This document shows positions 38,302 to 51,494 of a stretch of DNA of 64,000 bases, piece after piece. The translations under genes were made by a program, and so were the position numbers. Positions within the stretch are counted from its first letter, which is position 1, and every line of letters begins with the position of its first letter. Origin of the DNA: Octopus vulgaris (Eukaryota). The DNA lies in NCBI GenBank assembly GCA_951406725.2, contig OX597821.1, positions 27,342,001 to 27,406,000 of the forward strand. Direction: 5' to 3'. Under the pieces are notes generated by a model. It worked only from the letters and a program-made list of their open reading frames with translations, did no database searches and had not been told where the DNA came from.

Positions 38302-38487
38302 TTGTACATACACACAAACACACACACACGTATATATGTATTTGTATATATACGTATGTGTGTGTGTCCAGAAATATGCATAAGCAAACACATAAACGAA
38401 TGTATATAAATATATATATATACATACATACACATATATATATATAAGCACACACACACACATATATGTATATATATACATATATAC

Positions 38488-38570
<83 letters not shown>

Positions 38571-39117
38571 GATAAATACAAGCAAACGTACATAAGTATT
38601 TAACATATATATACATGTATAGATATGTGTGTGTTTGTGTCTGTTTTCCTCCATTATATGCTGTTATTGAGAAACCATTGAGATTCCTTGATATTGAGAT
38701 TGACTAATATTATATTGTCGGAAGAATCAATACGCATGAGATAAGCTCCTTGGCTTCAGAGGAATAAGAAAATGAGTTCAGTGATGTTTCTGACACAAAC
38801 GATTTTTCAGATATACACCAATCCCACAATACTTGCATAGATTAATCCGAGGACATGCATTGTCACATAGGTACGCATACTCACGTGTGCGCCCACGCAC
38901 ACACACATGCACACACGCATATGTATCAAGATGTAACTACATGTGGTTTGTTGGCGACATTATTTCCTCAGTCTTCCATTTCTCGTGGACTTTCCTTTGT
39001 TTCCTGTTTCTGAACAAGAGTTTTCTTTCCTTCCCTGAGCAGCTTTTCATACTTTGCGTATACCACGTGCTCGTGTTGTTCTTTTTTTGCGTTTTTTCTT
39101 CGTTCTATGGGAGGATG

Positions 39118-39179
<62 letters not shown>

Positions 39180-39242
39180 TACATACTTATCATGCACATA
39201 TAATGCATACTTAAATATATGATATATAATATACATGTATCA

Positions 39243-39330
<88 letters not shown>

Positions 39331-39765
39331 GCACACACCCACACAAGCACATACATATGAATTTTGGTAGTGACGGCAAAAGTTTATATCACTAGATCTT
39401 CCAGGATTCATATACAGTAATCTTTGGCATGCTGTTCGTCTGTAAGATGGAGCAATGTGAATTTACATTAGCTATTGTGTACGCAGACATAAACATGTGT
39501 TGGGCATAGTTCTGGATTATGGGCGGATTGTAAGTAAATTGCAAAGATTTTTTGTGGCTTGAAGAGGTATAGATTTATACTAAGTTGTCGGTTGTCTTGT
39601 ATGCACAGTTTATATATAGTTAAATTCAGTTTGTGTCCTGTTTGTTGTAAATGTAGAAAAGCACACATGTGTGCGCGTATACATTTATTTATATGTATAT
39701 ATATATATAAATATATAAAGATATATATGTATATATACATAGATATGCATATGCACATATATATT

Positions 39766-39807
<42 letters not shown>

Positions 39808-39879
39808 TATGCACATATACATATATGCATATACATATACATATATACGTACATACATACAAGCATACACGTATACTGT

Positions 39880-39924
<45 letters not shown>

Positions 39925-39967
39925 AGAGATAGAGTGTAATGTTTGTCGCTAGTTCAACAAGCCTTTA

Positions 39968-40321
39968 CCGTACGAACTGATGCTACTTCTATTTTTAACC
40001 CAAAGAGGAAGCTTCTCTAGCCGGATATCGAAGCAGCCTGAACCCGACATATATTGCATGAAGGGGACGAACCCTATTCGATCTTCTAGCGGCTAGACAA
40101 ACTGGCAAACTGTCTGAGATTGAGCTATTAGTGCAATTTACTCATATGTTTGTAATACATGCATAATCCGAAACAAGACGTTTCCGTCAAGTCGCTAGAA
40201 GATGTAAGGGGGTTCGATCACCTACTTGCTGTATATGTCTGCTGCAGAATGCATTTCATAACTAGCTATAGGGAGCATTCTTCTTGGGGTTAAAAAATGG
40301 AAGTAACACAGGTACGTACGG
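39968..40321. mobile_element. Old foldback/MITE with long imperfect inverted arms
   Basis: ccgtacgaactgatgctacttctatttttaacccaaagagg vs cttcttggggttaaaaaatggaagtaacacaggtacgtacgg; inner arms cttctagcggct / agtcgctagaag. Confidence 0.65.
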
Positions 40322-40454
40322 AGCAGCTATGTGGAAGTTGTGAGAAACATTACTACTCAGTGTAGCTACTATATTCGTCTCTTATAGTGACTTGCTCCCA
40401 ATATACATTTGCTTGTTATATAAATGTATGTAGGTATATATGTATATATATATA

Positions 40455-40484
40455 TATACATTCATACACACTCACACACATATG

Positions 40485-40519
<35 letters not shown>

Positions 40520-41075
40520 TCATGCACACACACATATGTATATATATATACATTCATACACACTCACACACATATGTATGTATATATATATATATATATA
40601 CATTCATGCACACACACATATGTATATATATATACATTCATACACACTCACACACATATGTATGTATATATATATATATATATATATACATTCATGCACA
40701 CACACATATGTATATATATATACATTCATACACAAACACACACACATATGTATGTATATATATATATATATATATACATTCATGCACACACACATATGTA
40801 TATATATATACATTCATACACACTCACACACATATGTATGTATATATATATATATATATATACATTCATGCACACACACATATGTATATATATATACATT
40901 CATACACACTCACACACATATGTATGTATATATATATATATATATATATACATTCATGCACACACACATATGTATATATATATACATTCATACACACTCA
41001 CACACATATGTATGTATATATATATATATATATATATACATTCATGCACACACACATATGTATATATATATACAC
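40455..41075. repeat. Minisatellite, ~7 units of 84-92 bp built from microsatellite subunits
   Basis: cattcatacacactcacacacatatgtatg(ta)n cattcatgcacacacacatatg(ta)n recurs at ~40459, 40551, 40635, 40723, 40811, 40897, 40985. Confidence 0.9.
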
Positions 41076-41492
41076 TCACACATTTATGCATATTTCAATG
41101 TATCTACATATTACGTATAAGAAAACGTGACTAATGAATGACACAGAAATGCAAACGAAGCAGCAATCTATAGACAATGAAAATATGTCTACGATAAATA
41201 TAGGTAACATACATGAATAGCAGTAATTAATAACTATCGCATTTTAAAGTCATTGATATTTATAATTAAATGAATATCTCTCTACTGGTGTTACAACCTT
41301 CATCATACACTTCAATCAAACTACCAAATTTTATACACTTTTCTGCCATAGTATTTGCCGGTGTAAATATATAATTGTATGTATATATGCATAGGTCCAT
41401 TTGTTCATTTTTATAAATAAATCTCTATACACACATACACAAGCATACATATATGTTATACATATGTATGCATACACACGCATACACACATA

Positions 41493-41548
<56 letters not shown>

Positions 41549-41598
41549 GATAGATAGATAGATATCTATCTATTTATCTAACTATCTGTCATCTAACT

Positions 41599-41895
<297 letters not shown>

Positions 41896-42105
41896 TGCGT
41901 GTATATGTATATATATATATAGATATGTATATATGTATATACACACGCACGCACGCACACAGACATAAATATATATATATATGCATAATCTAAATTTATA
42001 TATATAGGCATAATACATATACATACACATACATATAAATGTATTTACATATGTATATATGTATATATATACATACATATATACATATATATTTATATTT
42101 GTGTG

Positions 42106-42176
<71 letters not shown>

Positions 42177-42179
<3 letters not shown>

Positions 42180-42502
42180 GAGGTTGGACATAATAATGGA
42201 AACACCTACCATCAGAGCATTATAATTTTGAAATATCTATATAACCATCAAAAGCTTGTTTATTTTTATGTTTTTTTTATTTATTAGTACTGTTGCCTCA
42301 TATATTTTGCTGTTTCTTTTCAGATATCATCAGAAAAATGTAATTAAAATCTATAAAAGAAAGATCTATCGGGGTTTCAAGACGTCAAATTGTTGGTGTT
42401 CGTATGGCAGGTGCTAGCGTAACGAAAATAGCCGAAATGTTTGATGTATCAAGAAGTACTTTCTCGAAAACAATAACAGCCTTTGAGTCTCAGGGAAAAC
42501 CT
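42177..42502 (+). mobile_element. 5' end of a Tc1-like transposon (TIR plus N-terminal HTH)
   Basis: Begins ta|ccgaggttggacataataatggaaacacc; encodes QIVGVRMAGASVTKIAEMFDVSRST. Confidence 0.75.
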
Positions 42503-42504
42503 CA

Positions 42505-43800
42505 CAAGCATCATGAACTCATTCAGATTGAAAAACACTATAGAGACCAACCTGACAACAGTAGATTTCCTCGACGTGAAGCTGGACCTGAAATCAAGTG
42601 CCTATAGGTAATTTAGGAAACAAAATGAGAAGAAGTCTTACATTAACACAGGTTCCTGCCATTCAGCCATAGTGTTCAGGAACCTGGTTAAAGGTGTCAG
42701 CAAGAGAATCCCCAGCATGTCTTCAAGAAAAGAGATATTTTGATGCTGCTGCAGCGTATTCCATGCGGGCTCTGGCTACCAGTGCTTTCGAGGATAGAAT
42801 TATTTATATTCCAGACCCTTACTCCAAGAGAAAGTGGCACCGGAATGTACTGTGGTTCACACCACCATTATCTTTAAACGTTAGGACTGGAGTAGGTAAG
42901 AGATTCCTTAGTTTAGATGATAGCCATTTCCCCATAGATTCAACAAAATATTTAATAGACATACCCCAAGATTATCCTTCAGTTGCGCACCTAGTGTAAA
43001 AATGATTTTAATAGGTAGGCCCAGACACGAGACCTAAGCAGGATGCTCATGCTGGGGTGACAAAACTTGTCCACTGAACAGCCAATGCAATACGAGGCAG
43101 ATGTAACAGCAATAAGACCCACTAGACAATCAAGCGTGCGGAAATATGTAGGAGCGAACGCAGGCCTCTGCAGAATTCGGTTTAATAACCAAACGTCCTC
43201 ATTCAACATCCTAAAGAGACATAACGCCACAACCCTTGGCAAGCACGACTGGGCTTTGAAAAGAAGCGCCACTTAGTACCACATAAAGTGGAATATCATA
43301 GAAAGATGCAAGACGCAATTCAATAGCAGTAGGAAGTGCAGATTATACCTGGCTGAGAAGAGAGTGATTTTAAAACATGCCCAACGCCTGGATGTATACT
43401 CGAATAGCAGGAGTGTAGTGTTTAATCCTTGCCCGTATGGAAGGAATTACGTTCTATTGTACCTGCGTACCCCACCATGACTGCAACCACAGGTCTGCCA
43501 CCTCGAACTTCCGCAAATGACCTTCCACTAATAACCTTGGTCTCGTCAAAAAGAGTATGACCAAGACACACACCGATGTACACACACGTACACGCACGTA
43601 CACCTCTATAATGCAGACGCCGCATATGACTATCCCCCACAACCCCCAACATATACTTCCTCATAAGCTCCAGCACTCCAGATTCTTATGTTACCGGAAT
43701 AAACAAATTTGTGACTCGTTGGCCAAAAGGTGTTGATTGTAATATCCGCATTGTTGAAATATATTGTGATGAATTTCATGTTTCGAAATGTTGCTTACTT
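42505..43800 (+). mobile_element. Penelope-like element fragment (RT thumb, GIY-YIG and 3' UTR)
   Basis: FLDVKLDL, YINTGSCH, RNVLWFTPPLSLNVRTGVGKRFLSLDDSHFP, YEADV...YVG...RFNNQTSSF...TTLGKHDWALK, CRLYLAEK. Confidence 0.85.
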
Positions 43801-43830
43801 TTTACTCAGCTCTCTCTCTGTATATATATG

Positions 43831-43903
<73 letters not shown>

Positions 43904-45078
43904 CATATTGTTAAGTTTTAGTTATGATACTGTATTCGTTATATCACGTTCAATTCTTGCTGGGGCGTTGGTTATGTGGAATCATCGCTAGATCTCTGAA
44001 GGTTCCTATCATTTTTCTGTAGTCCTTTTGGGGCTCTCTCTTGTCTTGATGTGTATTTTGATGTAAATATTTTGTAGCATTCATCTACGCATAGGTCATA
44101 TCCATTAGGTAACAAATACGTTACCTAATGTATAGCACAAATCCTGAGAAACCCAACTAAATCTACATGAATACGAACAAGCATGAACTCTTCAATAGAA
44201 GTATTACACTAGAAATCTAAATCATAACACACACAACCTTTAAAATGAACAAAGGACCTTACAAAATCACTAATCTAGACCATGACCTATTTGAGACCAA
44301 GTCCTAACTTGTCACAGCGGCTGGTGTGAATTTCGTGTCAGCAGCACTTGCCCATAATTAATACAGAGCATTAAGTAAGGGACGTTTACTTCAATCAGTT
44401 CACTTCGAGGATGAGCTAATGAACGGACACTGATGAAGCTGGAACTTAACTGACTAATATATCCTTCCAAACATCCCCACCACACACACACACAGACACG
44501 CGCACTAACACACGCACAGAGACACGCATACATGTATATTTGCGAGTGTATATTTATTATCGAGAGTTATGTATAACCACTCTTAGACTCTTTTTGAATA
44601 AATTTTCTTCAATATGTTTACTTAGATTATTTTTTGAAAGCAATGCATATTTGGAATTGCATAATAATTTTTCCAGGTTTTTTTTTCAAATATGGTAAAA
44701 TAATGCATGCTCAAATAAAAAATATATGTTTTCATATGTTTGTCAAAAACAAAATTAAAAATATATCTATTCTATCATAATCCAGAAACCTTAGCAGAAA
44801 AAATGAGGAGAAAACTCAATTATTTTAGTTGTGTAAAGTTTTTTCGCTTTACGTTCGCACATTCTCATATATCAAATATAGGATCACGCAGATAAAACCA
44901 CATACAGATACGCTAAAACTTAGATACACGCTGTACATAAACGCTGTAAATACATACATACATACATACTCATATACATACACTCATACATGCATACGAA
45001 TACATATATCTTCGTCGATATTGACATTGAAAATACATATAATAAATTGTGTTGATCGTACAAGACATGCATAGGGGA

Positions 45079-45303
<225 letters not shown>

Positions 45304-46242
45304 ATTTTCTATCCTAAAACCTGTTATAATAAATTACAGTTTTCTTATGTCTTCTTGTACTCTACTGCCTTTTATTGTCCTTATTTTCTTTTATTCTGTT
45401 TCATCTTCTCTTATTGTCTTTCCTAACCTTTCCTACTAACGGCATTATGCTGCTATATTACTATACCGTCTAATGTATGCATTGTATTGCAATGTGGATA
45501 CCATTCCTATTGGATATATCCATGCTTACCTTTAATCAAACTGAATGTAATAATCCTGAAGCACTTCAAAGCGTGCTTCTTTATCGTATGCTTCCTTCTC
45601 GCTTGATAGCTGCCGTAGTTTCAGTATGCTTTTCACCTGTGAATATATTATTCGTCTTAGCGATTGAGTTCTGTTAATTTTTCGCTATAACCATACGAAC
45701 TCATGTTTTGCTGTGTCGATATCCTGTAGCAGGGAATTTATCTATTTCAAGGATACTGGCATTCATGTCATTCCCATCATATCCTAGGCAATGTTTATGG
45801 TCTCTCTCAGAAGTTGTATCTTGAATGCATATAATGTTTATAATTATTTAAGCTACAACATGAATGCAGGGTGATCCGAGGAATGGGGAGGAAAATATTA
45901 TAACTTTGTATACATTGCCTTTTATTTGAGCTACAAATCTAACTTGAGTGATCAACTGTTCATCATCGATTGATCTCTCGTTATTCCCTGTGTGGAATTG
46001 GATATATTCATCCTGCTATTCATTTCACAAATCTATTTATCACAACAACTGCTGGTAAAAAATCTACTTTAACCAGCTTCTACTATGGTATAAAAATGGG
46101 CTCAGATTTTACTGCTGTGAGCTGTTGGTTGACAGGGGACAGCTTTCCAGATGTTTAGACTGAAACTGAATTTCATGGATTGATTTTCAAGGTAACATCC
46201 AGCGACTGAATATCATCATCGCTATGGGAATCAAGGACACTA

Positions 46243-46490
46243 ATCATCATCATCATTGTTCGACCGTGGTCGAGACAATGGAATTTACCATGCTACGCCC
46301 GACTTCACGGTCCATCATGGCATTACGGAGGTCCTGTTGCTGGATGCCTGTATCCCTGGAGATTACATCAGGGTAGGAGAGTGTGCGCCCTCTGGTATTG
46401 CGAGTAGATGACTTCCAGAGGAGAAGAGTAGAAATTACCTCTTTTTCAGCTCTACAACAATGTCCAGCAAACTGGACTCTCTTACATTTC
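46243..46490 (-). mobile_element. RTE-group LINE 3' end with (TGA)n tail
   Basis: RVQFAGHCCRAEKEVISTLLLW...RGRTLSYPDVISRDTG...AMMDREV, stop followed by tgatgatga. Confidence 0.8.
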
Positions 46491-46941
46491 ACAAGAGATG
46501 ACTGGAACACCGTTACAGCTCCAATACATAAATGTAAACTGCATTCAGAAAGACACTGTCGACTTATTTGGATAACTCATATAGAATGAGACTCCGTTCA
46601 GTGTGTCATAAGCGAGTTTCATATTTTCTATTTCGATTATATTGGCATTTGCTTCTGGTAATTGGCTGCGGTCAAGTTTTCTGTATTCACATATTTCAAA
46701 CCATCGTAGCATACCTCTTTCAGCAGTTTGCATTTTGTCTAAAAAACTTAGGCCTTGCTCCCGCCAATAGGAAAGATCTTCGGTCGCAGATGACCATCGT
46801 TCTGAAATGTGTAGACGTATGTCAGCGAGTATGGCGTTGTAAATCTATATCATATTTATAGCATCCGTCATTGTATGTCGTTTTGTATATCTTGCGAAAG
46901 GGGTGGGCACTGTCCCTTTCTTCCGACACAGAAAAACGTAA

Positions 46942-46980
46942 TACTAGCAGAGATACCCTGCGTTGCTCAGGTTTAAAATG
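46942..46980 (-). mobile_element. Isolated Helitron-type 3' terminus
   Basis: Minus strand cctgagcaacgcagggtatctctgCTAGt; resembles the termini at 7712 and 33062. Confidence 0.55.
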
Positions 46981-46999
46981 ACACAGATTTTTTAATTGT

Positions 47000-47200
47000 T
47001 TTACTTGTTTCGGTCATGTGACAGCGGACAGGCTAGAAAACCGCCTTTAGGCGAAGAAATCGATCCCAGGATTTATTGTTTGTAAGCTTAGTACTTGTTC
47101 AATCTGAGTGTTTTGCCAATCGGCTAAGTGATGGGGACGTAAACACAGCAACATCGGTTATCAAGCGATTGTGGGAGTAAAAACGCAGACACACACACAT
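47000..47200 (-). mobile_element. SINE family C, 3' half
   Basis: Similar to 48100-48300. Confidence 0.75.
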
Positions 47201-47259
47201 GCGTACATACATACATGCATACATACATATATACATATATATGTATATATATATACATT

Positions 47260-47325
<66 letters not shown>

Positions 47326-47326
47326 C

Positions 47327-47412
<86 letters not shown>

Positions 47413-47489
47413 GCATATCTATATGTATAAAACAGAGAATGTGTCTGTATGTCTTTCTGTCTGTATAGCTAAAACTCGTGAACAACCCA

Positions 47490-48035
47490 AATTATATCAT
47501 CAGGCACAAACCACATATGACGAACAAAAAAAATAATTGGATAAGAGAAGAAGCACAAAAAATATGAGAAGGCAGCATAAAGAAAACGCGGAGGGTTAAA
47601 AAATAGAAAATGAGAAATTGAAAATGAAAAAGTAAAAACTAAAATGTAGAAAGTAAAGAGTTAAAAGATTCCTTTTCCTTAGACATTAAAATATAAGTCG
47701 GGAAAGACATCAACAAGTTAATCAGGTATAGGAGGATTTTTCCAATTCTTCAAAATATATTTATACATACTTTTGCAATCGCATAAATGAATATACTTGT
47801 AAAATTCTGCCTCTACCTGATTAAGTTGTTGATATCTTTCCGGTCTTATAATTAAAGGCCCCAAGAGAGATAACTCGTTAACCTTTTTATATTTTAGTTT
47901 TTTACTTTTTCGTTTTCCGATTTTTAACCTTCCGCGCTTTGTTTATACTGCCTTCTCAGCCTTTCCGCATTTCTTCTCTTATTTCAATTTTCTTAGTTCG
48001 TCGTGGTAAGCGGTATTTGCCTGATGAATATGTTT
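47490..48035. repeat. Long imperfect palindrome (~250-bp arms)
   Basis: tcatcaggca...gagaaggcagcataaagaaaacgcggagggttaaaaaat...atcaacaagttaatcaggta mirrored by tacctgattaagttgttgat...tttttaaccttccgcgc...ctgccttctc...tgcctgatga. Confidence 0.8.
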
Positions 48036-48090
48036 GTGATATTTCTCTACATATGCAACTATTGGTAGCACTTAAAGACATGTTCTGTGT

Positions 48091-48308
48091 CTCTCTCTCT
48101 TTTACTTATTTCAGTCATTTTGACTGCGGCCAGGCTGGAGCACCGCCTTTAGTCGAGCAAATCAACCCCGGGACTTATTCTTTGTAAGCCCAGTACTTAT
48201 TATATCGGTCTCGTTTGCCGAACCGCTAAGTGACGGGGACGTAAACACACCAGCACCGGTTGTCAAGCAATGCTAGGGGGACAAACACAGACACACAAAC
48301 ACACACAC

Positions 48309-48356
<48 letters not shown>

Positions 48357-48516
48357 TCGACAGGCTTCTTTCAGTTTCCGTCTACTAAATCCACTCGCAA
48401 GGCATTGGTCGGCCCGGGGCTATAGCAGAAGACACTTGCCCAAGATGCTACGCTGTAGTACTGAACCCGGAACCATGTGGTTGGCTAGCAAGCTACTTAG
48501 TACACAGCCACTCCTG
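48091..48516 (-). mobile_element. Full-length SINE family C with internal (TA)n/(TG)n microsatellite
   Basis: tRNA-like head caggagtggctgtgt...ccgggttcagt; core; internal microsatellite; tail gctccagcctggccgcagtc...actgaaataagtaaaaga. Confidence 0.85.
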
Positions 48517-49349
48517 TCATTTAGATAACTAATATTTATCTCCCACCAGATGAAGTACATTTTGTTCTTGACCTTTTTATCACGGAACAGTACGTTATAT
48601 ATATATATATATATATACCCTCTTTTTCAATATAAGTTGTGATACCTAGACCCATTTCAGTTTAAAGTTAAATGCGATGCAGACCGAGGGTGGCGCTATA
48701 TATACATATATGAATTCTAATGACATACTAATTGGTTTTTCCCCGTATGTCAAATTGAGAGAATGCTTGCATTCTTCCAAATATGATACCTCGGTACTCA
48801 CACATATGGACACACCGTCGCATACACTGTCACCACTGATAAATATATGCTCATAGATACACAGACATACACACATAATATACAGGAGATCAATTTTTAA
48901 ATGAGCGCATACATAAAACCACCAGTCGTATACACAACATGAATAAAGAGTAACTATGTAAAACACTAGCAAATATATCTTACGTCAACATGAATAGGTG
49001 GTGCTTAAGCATACATGCGTTTGTGCGGAGAATATGCAAATACTTTAATATAAATTATGACTCAACTGATTTTCCAGAGTTCTTGGCTTGCTCTTTCAAG
49101 TTTTACAGCTTGATTTATAGGTAAAAATGTTGAATTAATCTTGGAGGACGAGGGAAATAATATCAACTGTTAATTCTGATGAATTGCCAGACAAGACAAC
49201 GCGAAGTTTATAAAATATTAGCTAGACAATAATCTGTAGTATTAGCATTCTTCCTCTAATTCGATGTATATGCGAATACATATGTAAAGGCATACATACA
49301 TACATATGTACATACATACATAAATACATGGATGCATACATACATACAC

Positions 49350-49380
<31 letters not shown>

Positions 49381-49405
49381 AGATTTTGATATATCGAGTA
49401 TTTTA

Positions 49406-49470
<65 letters not shown>

Positions 49471-50159
49471 CACGTTACAAAACAGTCAATATATCAAAAT
49501 TTTGTTCTTTGGAACAACAAAAAATATTTCCAAAAGTCTTCTAAAAACAATATTTATCTCCATGAATTTTTTGTATTTAGGTTTATCATATACGATCTCA
49601 TTGTATCAAGAGCTCTCTTTCTTTATCTACTTTAATATATGTGTATTTGTGATTGTGTAAGTAAGTGTGTATTTGTGTCTGTGTATGAGTATATGTATGT
49701 ATACATATGTATTGTATATGTATAAAAATATATTTAATTTGTTTTATTGTATAATACAGCAGAGGAGTCGCATGATTAATAAATCCCAGAGTTGCTTATT
49801 ACTTAACTTGATTACTCTTCGATTAATTATTGACAAAAAAAAAAAGAATCTATATTATAAGTGAGGGAAATCCTGTTAATTATTGTTCGGGGCAAATATA
49901 TTAAGGGGAAAACGCGGAGAGATGTAAAGGTCTCTGTAAAATTTCCGAGTAGCAGTAGGCGAAAAGGAGAGTAAGCAGGAGAAGAAAGAAAATAGGGGAT
50001 ACATACACATGATGTCAATTACAATATCAGAAATCATAACTAATACATGCTTAGGACAACACACTTGACGGAAAAAATAAAGGACCAATGAAATCTGTTT
50101 AGGAAAATTATTAGTGTCAACAGAAAGGTACAAATGTATCCATTTTGCATATCGAAATT

Positions 50160-51060
50160 CAATTTCCATGAAGCTGAAAATCATCCTTAATAGAAACAGA
50201 CGGAAGGAATCATTGCCGAGGTGCAAGCACCATTCAGAGTTGTGTCGCAAGCACAATACAACAGATGCTCAATTCAAGAGTTGGCTGTGAACGTTATCTG
50301 CAGCGCCAACAAGTGGAGGCGCAATGGCCCAATGGTTAGGGCAGCGGACTCGCGGTCGGAGGATCGTGGTTTCGATTCCCAGACCGGGCGTTGTGTATGT
50401 TTATTGAGCGAAAACACTTAAAATCTCCACGAGGCTCCGGCAGGGGGAGGTGGCAACCCCCTGCTGTACTCTTTCGCTCCAACTTTCACTCACTCTTTCT
50501 TCCTGTTTCTTGTCCCCGACTTCCTACGCAACCGCTGAGCCTGGATGCGCATTCATCCATCCGTCGATGCTCTCGTTGTCGGGGGGTGACCTGCTTTCAC
50601 TTCTGCGGGTCTTACGAATAGCAAAGATCCACGTTTCGGACTTCTCCCATCTTGTGATCTCTGGGAGAAGACCGTTCGCTCAACAGCAACAGCAACAGCA
50701 ACAAGAACGTTTTCATGTGTTTGTGGACTTCAAAACGGCCTTTGACAATGTGTGGCATGCGGCACTCTGGTTGACCATGAGGCTGCATAACTTCTAATCG
50801 ATGGTCATTCATGCCATTGTTAATATGTATGATAAAACAAGTGGTTTAAAACAACAATCGGTGTAAGACAAGCTGCCCGCACTTGCCGACGTGGATCAAC
50901 ATCTTTCGCGAGAGGATTATGACCGCAACGCTGGAAGACCAAAATGTTAACATTAGAATTGGCGGCAGAAACCTAATAAACCTGCGCTTTGCCGATGATA
51001 GTGTCCGACTGGCTGCCCCAGAACAAGAATTAAAACAACTAGTAGTAGAGATGGGACATT
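50160..51060 (+). mobile_element. Decayed RTE-like LINE RT fragment interrupted by a SINE
   Basis: IIAEVQAPFR...CERYLQRQQ|QERFHVFVDFKTAFDNVWH...IRIGGRNLINLRFADD. Confidence 0.85.
50314..50698 (+). mobile_element. tRNA(Arg-like)-derived SINE family B with (CAACAG)n tail
   Basis: Head near-identical to 35186; TSD caacaag at 50307-50313 and 50699-50705. Confidence 0.9.
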
Positions 51061-51158
51061 TCACTTAACCTCTATGTTCCATAGTGGCATCGGTTGGAGA
51101 GTTATCAATGTGTGTATCTCAACTACTATCATATAAAAATATGTATATATATATATAA

Positions 51159-51205
<47 letters not shown>

Positions 51206-51221
51206 ACACATATACATAGTC

Positions 51222-51384
51222 CTAGGCGTAACCACGTGGTAATAAGATTGCTTCCCAACCACATGGTCCCAGGTTTAGTTCCGCTTGTTGGTAACTTACG
51301 CAGGTGCCTTCTGTTATAGTCTCGAGCTGACCAAAGCCTTGTTTGTTGATCTGGTAGAGGGAAACTGAAAGAATCCCACCTTGG

Positions 51385-51385
<1 letters not shown>
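51222..51385 (+). mobile_element. SINE family C, 5' half (diverged)
   Basis: gcttcccaaccacatggtccc...gaccaaagccttg...ggtagagggaaactgaaagaa. Confidence 0.7.
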
Positions 51386-51445
<60 letters not shown>

Positions 51446-51494
51446 TAGATAGATAGATAGATAGACAGATAAATAGATAGATTGATAGATATAG

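Noticed and set aside
40455-41075. Repeat-spacer appearance suggestive of CRISPR
   Set aside because: Spacers are only (TA)n, the context is eukaryotic and there are no cas genes.
48646-48972. ORF containing YGEKP, similar to the C2H2 linker TGEKP
   Set aside because: No C-x2-C...H-x3-H spacing; likely chance.
49170-49222. CTGATGA...GAAG tttataaaa TA
   Set aside because: Stem II is only 2 bp, GAAA is mutated and stem I is poor; within chance expectation for AT-rich DNA.
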